Source: Candidatus Omnitrophota bacterium
GTDB lineage: Bacteria > Omnitrophota > Gorgyraeia > Zapsychrales > Zapsychraceae
Length of the DNA: 64,000 nt
Direction: 5' to 3'
Assembly (NCBI GenBank): GCA_018812705.1
Contig: JAHJCZ010000097.1
Coordinates: forward strand, 840-64,839
How positions within the stretch are numbered: position 1 is the stretch's first letter; the number at the start of each line of letters is the position of its first letter. The notes under the pieces were generated by a model that saw nothing but the letters and a program-made list of their open reading frames with translations, was not told where the DNA came from and searched no databases. The translations under genes and the position numbers were made by a program. This document shows, in pieces, positions 31,919 to 41,187 of this stretch.

Positions 31919-32530
31919 TTAATTATATTTTAAATCCTTCAAAGTATTTGCATTGAAAAAAGATGGAAACATCTAATTATAAAGCATTGAAAATAAACAG
32001 TTTACACAATTAATAACAGTGTTAACAAGTTTTCCACAGGTGTGGATTATTCTATTCTTCTACCTCCAGATCTTTATATACAAAACTTTTAGTAAAGAAA
32101 CTTGTTAAATACTTCAAAGATTCGTGTTATTTTTCGGGGTTTTGTTCCCAAAGGCGATCAACTTTAAGCCAAGATTATAAAAAGAAAAAGGTCTTATTAT
32201 AAAAATGCTTTTCAAGCATGCAATAGTATCTGGCACCAAAAACGCCAATGATTGAAATGAACAATTTAGAAAGTTGCAATAAAGTGCCATATTATAACAG
32301 AGAAAATTTTTATTTCAAATCAAATATTTTTCTAACACTAAAATGCTAGGGAATAATAGACTTATGAAGCACAGATCAAAGGAAATATGTTCGATTTCCA
32401 TAATTAATTTGTATGAGAAAATGATATTAGTCTACTCTCATATCCTTTGTCGTCGAGAAAAAAAGATACCTTTGATTTTCAGTAACTGTTGAAAATTCAA
32501 GAGTTTTGTTTCTAAAGCATATGGAAATCG
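31919..32530. other. Putative oriC (dnaA-rpmH intergenic region)
   Basis: About 650 bp of AT-rich non-coding DNA between divergently transcribed dnaA and rpmH. Global gene-strand polarity switches here. It holds an inverted DnaA-box pair plus AT-rich runs (for example around 32290-32330). Confidence 0.6.
32030..32049. promoter_or_regulatory. Inverted pair of DnaA boxes
   Basis: TTTTCCACA (8/9 to TTATCCACA) at 32030-32038, and TGTGGATTA at 32041-32049 (reverse complement TAATCCACA, 8/9). Confidence 0.55.
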
Positions 32531-32531
32531 C

Positions 32532-32559
32532 TTGACTATAAAAAGTCGTGTGATATAAT
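32532..32559 (+). promoter_or_regulatory. Sigma70-type promoter of rpmH
   Basis: TTGACT, 16-nt spacer, TGaTATAAT (extended -10). The ATG of rpmH lies about 10 nt after the -10, so the mRNA is nearly leaderless. Confidence 0.6.
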
Positions 32560-32568
32560 CTACAAATT

Positions 32569-32706
32569 ATGAAAAAGAATTTAACTACACCTACAATAAT
32601 TAAAGGCAAAAGAAAGCATGGCTTTCGAAAAAGAATGCAAACAAGCGATGGTCAAGAAGTCCTTAACAGGCGCCGCGCTAAGGGTCGAAAACAATTAACC
32701 AAATAG
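32569..32706 (+). CDS. rpmH: 50S ribosomal protein L34 (not in the ORF track because it is under 60 aa)
   Basis: Translation [45 protein letters not shown] matches the L34 signature (KRKxxHGFRxRMxTxxGRxVLxxRRxKGRKxL). Confidence 0.85.
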   Translation: MKKNLTTPTIIKGKRKHGFRKRMQTSDGQEVLNRRRAKGRKQLTK

Positions 32707-32899
32707 GTACAAACAGGCTTAGAAGCTGTTTTTAAAAAACATTGTGTCGACCAATATTATGTTAAAAAGCATTATTTGCCAATTTAAACATACTTATTCA
32801 AACAGTTCCTCCTGCTTATCAAAGGCATTTTTGGAAAACAGGCAATAAGACTTTTTCTGTCTAAAAACTGTTAGACCTCAACAAGGATTATAACTAATT

Positions 32900-34543
32900 A
32901 TGGAAAAGAGATTTTTATTAGCTGTTATTTTGTCGTTCATGACATTGTATGCATGGCAAGTAGTATCACCAAAACCAGTAAAAGCACCAATTGCTATAAA
33001 TAAAACAGAAACTATTACAGCACAACAAGATAAGGACACCTCCCTTCTTTCTGACAATCAAAAAACAGTAACCTCTAATGAAAATGCATCCCTTTCAACC
33101 TCTGGAGCTGTGCTAAATAAGACAGTTGTAATTATTGAGGGTGAAAAGTTGGATCTTTCTATTTCGAACATAGGCGGTGTTCTAGATAGCGTCTTTATTA
33201 AAGAGTATGACGAAACGCTTCCGTTGACTAATATTGGGAGCGTTTTTGGCTTTGAAAACGTTGAGTTTGTTCTTAAAGAGCAAACAGCGCGAGCAATTTC
33301 TTACACATTCGAGGATGAGAATTATTTAATAAACAAAACATATACATTGTCGAAAGAGGATTATTCGGTTAAGATGGACATTTCAATTCAAGGGAAAAGC
33401 AAAATGTCCAATCTGTCTGAAATGGCAATCGGAGCATATACAATTGATATGTCCAGTTTGGACAATAATACAGGTAAGTTTGGTGGAGATGCTGAAAAAA
33501 ACAGGGATAAGTCATTAAATGAATATGTAGTTTATTCGACGAAGGAAATGTTGAGAAAAAATAATGCTTATAAATTTTCACCTAAAGACAGGGTGGTAAC
33601 ACAAGATAGTGTCAATTGGGTTGGTTTTAGAAATAGATATTACTGTGCTATATTCAAACCTTTGTTTGATACAAAAGGATTTTCTCTCAATCCTGTCGAC
33701 AAGGAAAGGTTAAAAGTTGAAATAGAGCCTTTGTCAGTTAAAGCAGAGAAAGAGCAACATGTTGCATATTCTTTTGTTTGTTATTTCGGCCCAGAAAAGT
33801 TAAATATTTTAAAAAAATTCGATTTGTCTTTTGAAAAAATCAGAAGATATTATCGTTTTGGTTTATTTGACACTATTGCAAAGTTTATACTTTCAATAAT
33901 GAATTTAATTTATAGCATTGTTCCAAATTGGGGTGTATGTATTCTTCTTATAAGTATTATTATTTATTTTTCTATGTATCCTTTAACTAAAAGATCAATG
34001 GTTTCAATGAAGAGAATGCAGGCAATGCAACCAAAGGTTAATGCGTTAAAAGAAAAATACAAAAATAATCCTCAGAAAATGAATGAGGAAATGATGAAAG
34101 TATATAAAGAGAACAAGATTAATCCTTTGGGGGGATGTTTGCCGATGTTGCTGCAAACGCCCGTTTTTATTGGCCTGTATCAGGTGTTGTGGCGTTCGGT
34201 TTCTCTAAAAGGAGCTAGTTTTTTATGGATTAAGGACTTATCTGCTCCGGATAGATTGTTTTTATTACCAAAAAGCTTTCCGATTATTGGCAATGAAATC
34301 AATATTTTGCCTCTAATAATGATGATAGTTATGTATTTTCAACAAAAATTATCAACACAGAATATGGCATCAGCAGATCCTGCGCAGATTGCTCAGCAAA
34401 AAATGATGAGTAAAATTTTCCCATTGTTTTTAGGTTTCATCTTTTATAAGTTTGCAAGTGGGTTGACATTGTATTTTACAATGTTTTATTTTTTCTCAAC
34501 GTTTACTCAGTGGAAAATGTCCAAAGAACCAAAGGTGGTATAA
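32900..34543 (+). CDS. yidC: Membrane protein insertase YidC
   Basis: N-terminal TM, periplasmic domain, then the conserved 5-TM Oxa1 core (KRMQAMQPKVNALKEKY..., GGCLPMLLQTPVFIGLY). Confidence 0.9.
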   Translation: MEKRFLLAVILSFMTLYAWQVVSPKPVKAPIAINKTETITAQQDKDTSLLSDNQKTVTSNENASLSTSGAVLNKTVVIIEGEKLDLSISNIGGVLDSVFIKEYDETLPLTNIGSVFGFENVEFVLKEQTARAISYTFEDENYLINKTYTLSKEDYSVKMDISIQGKSKMSNLSEMAIGAYTIDMSSLDNNTGKFGGDAEKNRDKSLNEYVVYSTKEMLRKNNAYKFSPKDRVVTQDSVNWVGFRNRYYCAIFKPLFDTKGFSLNPVDKERLKVEIEPLSVKAEKEQHVAYSFVCYFGPEKLNILKKFDLSFEKIRRYYRFGLFDTIAKFILSIMNLIYSIVPNWGVCILLISIIIYFSMYPLTKRSMVSMKRMQAMQPKVNALKEKYKNNPQKMNEEMMKVYKENKINPLGGCLPMLLQTPVFIGLYQVLWRSVSLKGASFLWIKDLSAPDRLFLLPKSFPIIGNEINILPLIMMIVMYFQQKLSTQNMASADPAQIAQQKMMSKIFPLFLGFIFYKFASGLTLYFTMFYFFSTFTQWKMSKEPKVV

Positions 34544-34750
34544 ATGGATGAAAACCTACCAAAGAGCATTGAAATAGAAGGAAGTACGGTAGAAGATGCT
34601 ATAAACAAGGCGCTAAAGCTTCTTAATGCAACTAGGGATGAAGTTTTGATTAAAATTGTTTGTGAAGAGAAGAAGGGCTTGTTTGGTATGGAGGGAGAGA
34701 AGCCCGCCAAGATAGTAGTGTCTATTAAAGAAAAAGATAAAAATGCTTGA
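34544..34750 (+). CDS. Jag/KhpB N-terminal-domain-only protein (68 aa)
   Basis: IEIEGSTVEDAINKALKLLNATRDEVLIKIVCEEKKGLFGMEGEKPAKIVV fits the Jag_N fold. The KH and R3H domains normally fused to it are absent. Confidence 0.5.
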   Translation: MDENLPKSIEIEGSTVEDAINKALKLLNATRDEVLIKIVCEEKKGLFGMEGEKPAKIVVSIKEKDKNA

Positions 34751-34843
34751 TATTTTTATCTTTTGTTGGAAAATATAAGAAGAATAGTTTAAACAGTAGT
34801 CCTTGCCATTATATAAAGTTTTCTTTCCGTAAAAAGAAATATT

Positions 34844-34893
34844 GTTTCACGTGAAACGGTATTACAATGTTTTTTAGTGTTCCACGTGAAACA
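34844..34893. promoter_or_regulatory. Two parS centromere sites upstream of parA
   Basis: TGTTTCACGTGAAACg at 34844-34859 and TGTTcCACGTGAAACA at 34878-34893. Each is 15/16 to the parS consensus TGTTTCACGTGAAACA. Confidence 0.8.
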
Positions 34894-34937
34894 TTCCATA
34901 GGGCAAGCACTGAATAACACTCATATCAAAAAATCCT

Positions 34938-35777
34938 ATGTCAAAAATCATTTCAATTTGTAATCAAAAAGGCGGAACAGGTAAAACAACAACAACGGTA
35001 AATCTAGCATCGTCGCTAGCAGAGCTTGGCAAAAAAATATTAATTGTTGACTCGGATCCTCAGGGAAATGCAACTAGTGGGGTTGGGGTTAATAAGAATG
35101 AGCTAGACCGCTCTGTTTATGATCTTTTGCTGAACAAAGAGACGGCAAAGGATGTCATCCTGAACACAGCTTTTCCTAATTTGGACATTATTCCATGTAA
35201 TATTAATTTAACAGGAGCGGAAATAGAGCTTGTTGGTGTTTTCTCAAGAGAGACTAGATTAAAGAGAGCTCTTGATGAAGTGAAAAACGGTTATGATTTT
35301 ATTTTTATAGATTCACCACCGTCTTTAGGGTTATTAACACTGAACTCCTTGGTTGCAAGCGACTCTATCCTTATCCCTATCCAGTGTGAGTTTTATGCTC
35401 TTGAAGGGGTTTCACAACTTGTGAACACTATTAGGTTGATAAAAGAGAGTTTGAATGCAGAGCTAACCATTGAAGGAGTCCTTCTTACAATGGCTGATTA
35501 TAGAACAAATCTTACGGCAGAAGTTATTGGCGAAATTAAAGAGTATTTTAAAGAGAAGGTTTACAAGGCTGTAATTCCTAGAAATATTAGGTTGAGCGAG
35601 GCTCCTAGCCATGGAAAGCCTATTAATTATTATGAGAAATCTTCAGTAGGCGCAATCAAATATATGGAGTTAGCAAAGGAGCTACTACCAGAAGAATATG
35701 ATTCTAAACAGTTGGGAATAAACGACTTAGGTGAAGGCGCTACTGCTGCAGGTATTGCTGGGGAAGTGGAGCTATAG
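34938..35777 (+). CDS. parA: Chromosome partitioning ATPase ParA/Soj
   Basis: KGGTGKTTTTVNLA deviant Walker A; ILIVDSDPQGNAT. Confidence 0.9.
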   Translation: MSKIISICNQKGGTGKTTTTVNLASSLAELGKKILIVDSDPQGNATSGVGVNKNELDRSVYDLLLNKETAKDVILNTAFPNLDIIPCNINLTGAEIELVGVFSRETRLKRALDEVKNGYDFIFIDSPPSLGLLTLNSLVASDSILIPIQCEFYALEGVSQLVNTIRLIKESLNAELTIEGVLLTMADYRTNLTAEVIGEIKEYFKEKVYKAVIPRNIRLSEAPSHGKPINYYEKSSVGAIKYMELAKELLPEEYDSKQLGINDLGEGATAAGIAGEVEL

Positions 35778-35819
35778 ACATTTAGATTGTTCAAAGAGTG
35801 AACAACATAAGGAGACGAG

Positions 35820-36686
35820 ATGCAAAATAGAGCATTGGGCAAGGGACTAGCCGCTTTAATTCCTGGAAAAGCTGAAACTGAGAATATTGCAGATTCTTCT
35901 TCGGTTGCGTATATAAAAACAGATTTAATCGTCAACAGTACTCAGCAACCTAGAAAGAATTATGGTAAAGAAGAATTAGATGAGCTAAAAGCCTCAATAA
36001 AGGAAAAAGGTGTTTTGCAGCCCATTCTTGTTAGAAAAAGGGATGCTTTTTATGAGGTTGTGGCTGGTGAGCGACGACTTAAGGCCGCAAGGGCTCTAAA
36101 CTTAACAGAGGTTCCTGTTTTAATCAAAAACGTTGATGATCAAGAAGCTTTTATTATAGCGCTCGTCGAGAATATCCAAAGAGAAGAGCTTAACCCGATC
36201 GAAGAAGCCTTGGCTTATCAAAAAATGATAGAAGACTTTAATTTTACTCAAGATGCCGTTGCTCGCTCAGTTGGTAAAGATCGCTCTACAGTAGGGAATA
36301 TATTGCGCTTATTGAAGTTGCCTCAAGAAATGCAAAAGAGTGTTTATGATGGTGATTTATCAGCTGGACATGCAAGGACCTTGCTAGGAGAGGTATCAGA
36401 AACTGAAAGAAAAAGATTATATGATCTGGTTTTGGAAAAAGGGTTGTCCGTAAGAGAGCTAGAGAATCTGATCAAAAAAGGAAACAAAGGTTCGTCCCGT
36501 AGAGATAAAAAAGCTATAGAAAGAAACCACGAGATCATTTCTCTTGAAGAGGATCTTCAAAGGGCCTTGGGTACAAAAGTTAGGGTCATGGCACAAAAAA
36601 AACGTGGAAAAATCATCATAGAATATTATTCTTTAGATGATCTTGATAGGTTGTTAAAAGTTCTTAAGAAACAGGAGAAAAGATGA
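35820..36686 (+). CDS. parB: Chromosome partitioning protein ParB/Spo0J
   Basis: ParB box GERRLKAARAL, HTH, LVENIQREELNPIEEA. Confidence 0.9.
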   Translation: MQNRALGKGLAALIPGKAETENIADSSSVAYIKTDLIVNSTQQPRKNYGKEELDELKASIKEKGVLQPILVRKRDAFYEVVAGERRLKAARALNLTEVPVLIKNVDDQEAFIIALVENIQREELNPIEEALAYQKMIEDFNFTQDAVARSVGKDRSTVGNILRLLKLPQEMQKSVYDGDLSAGHARTLLGEVSETERKRLYDLVLEKGLSVRELENLIKKGNKGSSRRDKKAIERNHEIISLEEDLQRALGTKVRVMAQKKRGKIIIEYYSLDDLDRLLKVLKKQEKR

Positions 36687-37504
36687 TAAAGGGAATGACG
36701 GGTTTTGGTTCAGCGCAGCTCGCTAAGGGAAAAAATAGAGCGACAGTTGAAATTAAAAGTGTTAATCATAGATATTTTGATACTAGCTATTATTTGCCGA
36801 CGGGATTTGCTTCTTTAGAGAACAAGATACGCCAGTTGTTGCAAAAAAGCATTCAGCGTGGCCGAATAACTCTTTCTGTTAGAATAACAAAAAAACCGGA
36901 TTCTGAAATAACGTTAAATAAAAATATTGCTAAAAATTATTTGAATTCTGCTCAAGTTCTGCAAAAGACCTTTAATCTTGACAATGATCTGAAGCTTTCA
37001 GATCTTATAAGATTACCGGGGGTTTTAGAGACAAATGAAGTTTTTGTTAAAGCAGAATCCATATGGCCTGAGTTGGAAAAAGGCATTGAAGTAGCGTTAA
37101 ACAACTTGATGGTCATGAGGAAAAAAGAGGGCAAGAGCCTGTCAGCTGATGTTGCAGATAAAGCAAAGAGAATGCTTGCGCAGGTGAAGACAATTAGAGC
37201 TAGAGCTGCAACAATTTTGAAGCAGAAAAAGAAAACAATGACGGTAGAAGAATTTAAATCATATCAAAAGAATATTGACATTGAAGAAGAGATAACAAGG
37301 CTCTCTCATTATATTTATGAAGTGAAGAGCCTTCTTAAAAGCACTGTTCCCGTCGGGAAAAAAATGGATTTTATTGCTCAAGAAATGCAGAGGGAAACGA
37401 ATACTATTGGATCAAAACTGCAGGATTCAGCTGTTTCAAATGCTGTAATTGCCTTGAAAAGCAAAATAGAAAAAATCAGAGAACAGTCTCAAAACATAGA
37501 GTAA
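36683..37504 (+). CDS. yicC: YicC-family (YloC) protein
   Basis: MIKGMTGFG start and the C-terminal DUF1732-like region. Conserved yicC-gmk-rpoZ gene order. Confidence 0.8.
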   Translation: MIKGMTGFGSAQLAKGKNRATVEIKSVNHRYFDTSYYLPTGFASLENKIRQLLQKSIQRGRITLSVRITKKPDSEITLNKNIAKNYLNSAQVLQKTFNLDNDLKLSDLIRLPGVLETNEVFVKAESIWPELEKGIEVALNNLMVMRKKEGKSLSADVADKAKRMLAQVKTIRARAATILKQKKKTMTVEEFKSYQKNIDIEEEITRLSHYIYEVKSLLKSTVPVGKKMDFIAQEMQRETNTIGSKLQDSAVSNAVIALKSKIEKIREQSQNIE

Positions 37505-37511
37505 TTGAATA

Positions 37512-38084
37512 ATGAAATCGGGTATAATATTTATTATTTCCGGGCCTTCAGGCTCAGGAAAAACCACGCTGTGCGAAAAAGTCCTTAAAGATACCAATAT
37601 TAAGAAGAAGATCGCAAAGATGGTTTCTGTAACAACAAGGCAAAAAAGAGAAGGCGAGAAGTGTTGTCGTGATTATTTTTTTGTTAGCAATAAAATGTTC
37701 TTATATAAAAAAAGAAGCGGCCACTTTTTAGAAGCGAAAAAAGTTTTTGATAATTATTATGGTACCCCAAAGAGAGCCGTAAAAGAACGGCTTAAAAAGG
37801 GCAAGGATGTTTTATTGTGCATTGATGTTAAAGGGGCTAAGGATGTTTTAAAAGTTTTTCCTGCCGCTGTAACTATATTTGTGAACACCCCTTCTTTTTC
37901 AGATCTGAAAAACCGGTTGGTAAGCAGGGGCTCTGAAAGCAAAAAAACTACGGAGTTGAGGCTTAAAATCGCAAAAAGTGAGATGAAAGAAGAAAAAAAT
38001 TATAAATATATTGTTATTAATGATAAGCTGAGCAAGGCTACAAAGGAATTAGAAGAAATAATGCTTGCAGAACTTGGCGCTTAA
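37512..38084 (+). CDS. gmk: Guanylate kinase
   Basis: P-loop GPSGSGKTT, conserved GMP-binding residues. Confidence 0.9.
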   Translation: MKSGIIFIISGPSGSGKTTLCEKVLKDTNIKKKIAKMVSVTTRQKREGEKCCRDYFFVSNKMFLYKKRSGHFLEAKKVFDNYYGTPKRAVKERLKKGKDVLLCIDVKGAKDVLKVFPAAVTIFVNTPSFSDLKNRLVSRGSESKKTTELRLKIAKSEMKEEKNYKYIVINDKLSKATKELEEIMLAELGA

Positions 38085-38214
38085 AGAGCCTTGAATCTGG
38101 ATAGAACTGTAAGCTGTAGAAAGTAATTGAGTTAAAAGAAATTTTTGTAAAAAACAAGAATTTTTCAGTGGAAAAGTTTTTTTTGACATATCTAGCAACA
38201 TATGATATATAAAT

Positions 38215-38250
38215 AGCCCTGTATTAGTATAATAATAAGGGCTTTTTTTG
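38215..38250 (+). terminator. Rho-independent terminator after gmk
   Basis: AGCCCT, 17-nt loop, AGGGCT, then TTTTTTT. Confidence 0.5.
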
Positions 38251-38308
38251 TTGAATTCTATATAAAGAAAGATTTATTTAACTATAAAAAGAGAGGCGGA
38301 AGTGTAAC

Positions 38309-38554
38309 ATGCTAAGATCAACAGTTGAGAAATTATTGCCAAGATCAAATTGGAGTATTTATAAGCTCTCAAGAATGGCGGCTACTCGCGCACTTGAACT
38401 TGCAGATGGTAAAAGAAAATTAGTTGATTTAACGACGGATAAACTGACGTCCATTGCTTTGCAGGAAATAGCTGAAGGTAAGATTGAATTGAAAGAAGCT
38501 GTTGGAAACGCTCCTGCCGGAAACGAGAAAGCTGAAGAAGAAACTGAAGAATAG
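38309..38554 (+). CDS. rpoZ: RNA polymerase omega subunit
   Basis: YKLSRMAATRALELADG...LTSIALQEIAEGKI matches the omega core. Conserved position after gmk. Confidence 0.75.
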   Translation: MLRSTVEKLLPRSNWSIYKLSRMAATRALELADGKRKLVDLTTDKLTSIALQEIAEGKIELKEAVGNAPAGNEKAEEETEE

Positions 38555-39099
38555 TGGCTAAACAAAAGATAGTAATCCTAGGTATTACCGGAAGCATTGC
38601 GGCATATAAAGCTGGAGATATTATTAGGAGATTAAAGGATCAAGGCTTTAGAGTCGTTCCCGTAATGACAAAGGGAGCTCTGCAGTTTATTACTCCTTTA
38701 ACATTATCAAGTCTCTCTGAAGAAAAAGTTTACAGCGATATGTTCTCAGGAAGAGTTGACTCCTGGGAAATTGAGCATATTGATCTAGCAAGGCAAGCGG
38801 ATATTCTATTGATCGCTCCGGCGACAGCGAATATAATTGGTAAGATTGCGAATGGAATCGCAGATGATTTGTTGACGGCCGTTTCGATGGCTACAAAGGC
38901 TCCAATATTGATTGCACCGGCAATGAACACTCACATGTATGAGAACAAGATATTGCAGGAAAATTGCACAAAATTAAAGAAATATGGCGTCAGCTTTGTG
39001 GATCCGATAAAAGGAAAATTAGCTTGCGGAGATATTGGTAAAGGGCATTTGGCGAGTGTTGACAATATTGTGAAGAAAGTCATTCAGATAGTTAAATAA
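38554..39099 (+). CDS. coaC: Phosphopantothenoylcysteine decarboxylase (CoaC flavoprotein domain only)
   Basis: KIVILGITGSIAAYKAGDIIRRLKDQGFRVVPVMTKGALQFITPLTLSSLS flavoprotein fold. No CoaB (synthetase) half follows. Confidence 0.75.
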   Translation: MAKQKIVILGITGSIAAYKAGDIIRRLKDQGFRVVPVMTKGALQFITPLTLSSLSEEKVYSDMFSGRVDSWEIEHIDLARQADILLIAPATANIIGKIANGIADDLLTAVSMATKAPILIAPAMNTHMYENKILQENCTKLKKYGVSFVDPIKGKLACGDIGKGHLASVDNIVKKVIQIVK

Positions 39100-39104
39100 A
39101 GTTT

Positions 39105-39175
39105 GGCGTGGTGGCCGAGGGGTTAGGCAGTGGTCTGCAAAACCATGCACACCGGTTCAAATCCGGTCCGCGCCT
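39105..39175 (+). tRNA. tRNA-Cys (GCA)
   Basis: Acceptor GGCGTGG/CCGCGCC, anticodon stem-loop GTGGT-CTGCAAA-ACCAT, T-loop TTCAAAT. Confidence 0.7.
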
Positions 39176-39206
39176 TTTTTAAGATTATTTGTTTTTTTAT
39201 TTTTTT

Positions 39207-39289
39207 GGGCAAGTGGTGGAATGGCATACACGTTGGACTTAAAATCCAATGGCCGTAAGGTCGTGTGGGTTCGACTCCCACCTTGCCCA
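39207..39289 (+). tRNA. tRNA-Leu (UAA)
   Basis: Acceptor GGGCAAG/CTTGCCC, anticodon loop CTTAAAA, long variable arm, T-loop GGTTCGACTCC. Confidence 0.75.
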
Positions 39290-39314
39290 TATATATTTTA
39301 GCAAGGAATGCTTT

Positions 39315-39391
39315 GGGCCCATAGCTCAGTTGGTTAGAGCGCTTCCTTGACGTGGAAGAGGTCAGGGGTTCGAACCCTCTTGGGCCCACCA
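39315..39391 (+). tRNA. tRNA-Val (GAC), CCA encoded
   Basis: GGGCCCATAGCTCAGTTGGTTAGAGC... anticodon loop TTGACGT ... GGTTCGAACCC ... TGGGCCCACCA. Confidence 0.8.
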
Positions 39392-39437
39392 GGACTAAAA
39401 GGGACAGAGTTTCTTTGACTAAAGCTTATAAAACAAA

Positions 39438-41171
39438 ATGAAAACATACACGGCATTAGATATTTTAAGGCACAGTTGTGCTCATGTTATGGCTCAAGCA
39501 GTAAAAAATCTTTGGCCAGAAACTAAAGTTGCTATCGGCCCTCCGATTGAAAATGGTTTTTATTATGATTTTGATAAACCAGAACCATTTACGAACAAGG
39601 ACCTGAAAAGCATTGAAAAACAAATGCGAAAGATCGTTAGCAAAAAACAAGCATTTGTAAAATCTATAATTTCTAGACAGGATGCTATAGAGCTCTTTGA
39701 AAAACAAAATGAGACTTATAAAGTAGAATTGATAAGAGATCTTCCCCAAGAGGTGGAAGTTTCTCTTTATACAACAGGTGAGGACTTTGTTGATCTTTGT
39801 AAGGGCCCTCATGTAGAAAACACTTCCCAGATACAAGCTTTTAAGCTGCTTTCTGTTGCTGGAGCATATTGGAGAGGAGATGTGTCTCGCCCTATGCTAC
39901 AACGTATTTATGGAACATGTTTTTTTACAGATGAAGAATTAAAAGCGCATCTTTCTCTGTTAGAGGAAGCAGAAAAAAGAGATCATAGAAAACTGGGAAC
40001 ACAGCTGGAGCTTTTTCATATTTATCATGATGAAGCAGGCGCAGGATTGGTTTTTTACCATCCTAATGGAGCGATGCTAAAAAAGATAATCGAAGATTAC
40101 TCTAAAGAGAAGCATTTAAAAAGTGGATATGAACTGATAACAACACCAAATATCCTAAAAGGAAAGCTTTGGGATCAGAGTGGCCATTCAGATTTTTATA
40201 GAGAGAACATGTATTATTTTCAGGTTGATGAAGAAGAGTATGCTGTTAAACCGATGAATTGCCCGGGACACATGTTAATTTATAAATCTAAGATTCGTTC
40301 TTATAGGGATCTTCCTATTAGATATTTTGAGCTTGGAACAGTATATCGTCAAGAAAAGGCAGGAGTGTTGCATGGCCTTTTACGCGTTAGAGGATTTACG
40401 CAAGATGATGCGCATATATTTTGTACGCCAGGTCAATTAAAAGAAGAGATTAAGAGCGTTATCGAGTTTGTTTTTGAAACAATGAAAGATTTTGGTTTTG
40501 ACAAGTGGGAAATAGAAGTAAGCACAAAGCCGGAAAAATACATTGGCCAGGATGATGATTGGATAAATGCGACCGATGCCCTTGAAATGTCTTTAAAGGA
40601 AAAAGGGATAGAGTATCAAATTAATGAAGGAGATGGAGCTTTTTACGGGCCCAAGATAGATATTAAGCTGAAGGATGCAATTGGGCGCTCATGGCAATGC
40701 GCGACGATACAATGTGATTTTTCTTTGCCCGAGAGGTTTGATTTGACTTATATGGGACCTGAAGGACAGTATCTTCGACCTGTTATGCTACATCGTGCTG
40801 TTTTTGGCAGCGTTGAGAGATTTTTTGGAACATTGATCGAGCACTATGGAGGGGCCTTTCCTGTTTGGCTTGCGCCTAAGCAAGTTGTTATAATTCCGAT
40901 AGCGGAACAGCACAAAGAGTTTGCTATAAAAATAAAAGAATACTTACAGAATGCGGGTTTACGAGTTATAATTGATGAAAGAAATGAAAGCTTGAACAAG
41001 AAAATAAGGGAAGGAACTGTTAAAAAGACCCCTTATTTGATTATTGTTGGAGACAAAGAAGTGGCAGACAAGATATTGTCTGTAAGGCAATATGGTCAAG
41101 GAGAGACAGGAACAGTCACACAAGAAGAATTTCTTGAGCAGGTATTAGTTAGAATTAAAGAAAAAAATTAA
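39438..41171 (+). CDS. thrS: Threonyl-tRNA synthetase (short form; the N-terminal TGS domain is reduced)
   Basis: Second-additional-domain motif (HSCAHVMAQAV), class II motifs, C-terminal anticodon-binding domain. Confidence 0.9.
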   Translation: MKTYTALDILRHSCAHVMAQAVKNLWPETKVAIGPPIENGFYYDFDKPEPFTNKDLKSIEKQMRKIVSKKQAFVKSIISRQDAIELFEKQNETYKVELIRDLPQEVEVSLYTTGEDFVDLCKGPHVENTSQIQAFKLLSVAGAYWRGDVSRPMLQRIYGTCFFTDEELKAHLSLLEEAEKRDHRKLGTQLELFHIYHDEAGAGLVFYHPNGAMLKKIIEDYSKEKHLKSGYELITTPNILKGKLWDQSGHSDFYRENMYYFQVDEEEYAVKPMNCPGHMLIYKSKIRSYRDLPIRYFELGTVYRQEKAGVLHGLLRVRGFTQDDAHIFCTPGQLKEEIKSVIEFVFETMKDFGFDKWEIEVSTKPEKYIGQDDDWINATDALEMSLKEKGIEYQINEGDGAFYGPKIDIKLKDAIGRSWQCATIQCDFSLPERFDLTYMGPEGQYLRPVMLHRAVFGSVERFFGTLIEHYGGAFPVWLAPKQVVIIPIAEQHKEFAIKIKEYLQNAGLRVIIDERNESLNKKIREGTVKKTPYLIIVGDKEVADKILSVRQYGQGETGTVTQEEFLEQVLVRIKEKN

Positions 41172-41187
41172 TCGAGGAGGTGTAATT

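Noticed and set aside
32707-32899. An rnpA gene between rpmH and yidC
   Set aside because: Only about 190 nt are available and no frame encodes an RnpA-like basic protein. The gene is presumably elsewhere or absent.
38183-38211. Strong-looking sigma70 promoter (TTGACA, 17 nt, TGaTATATA) between gmk and rpoZ
   Set aside because: Its predicted transcription start falls inside the 5-prime arm of the gmk terminator hairpin. This is likely a chance match in AT-rich DNA, although an attenuator arrangement cannot be excluded.
39123-39389. 88-aa minus-strand ORF (MGPRGFEPLTSS...)
   Set aside because: It is the antisense reading of the tRNA-Cys/Leu/Val cluster. FEPLTS and GFEP are the classic signatures of translating a tRNA T-arm on the wrong strand.
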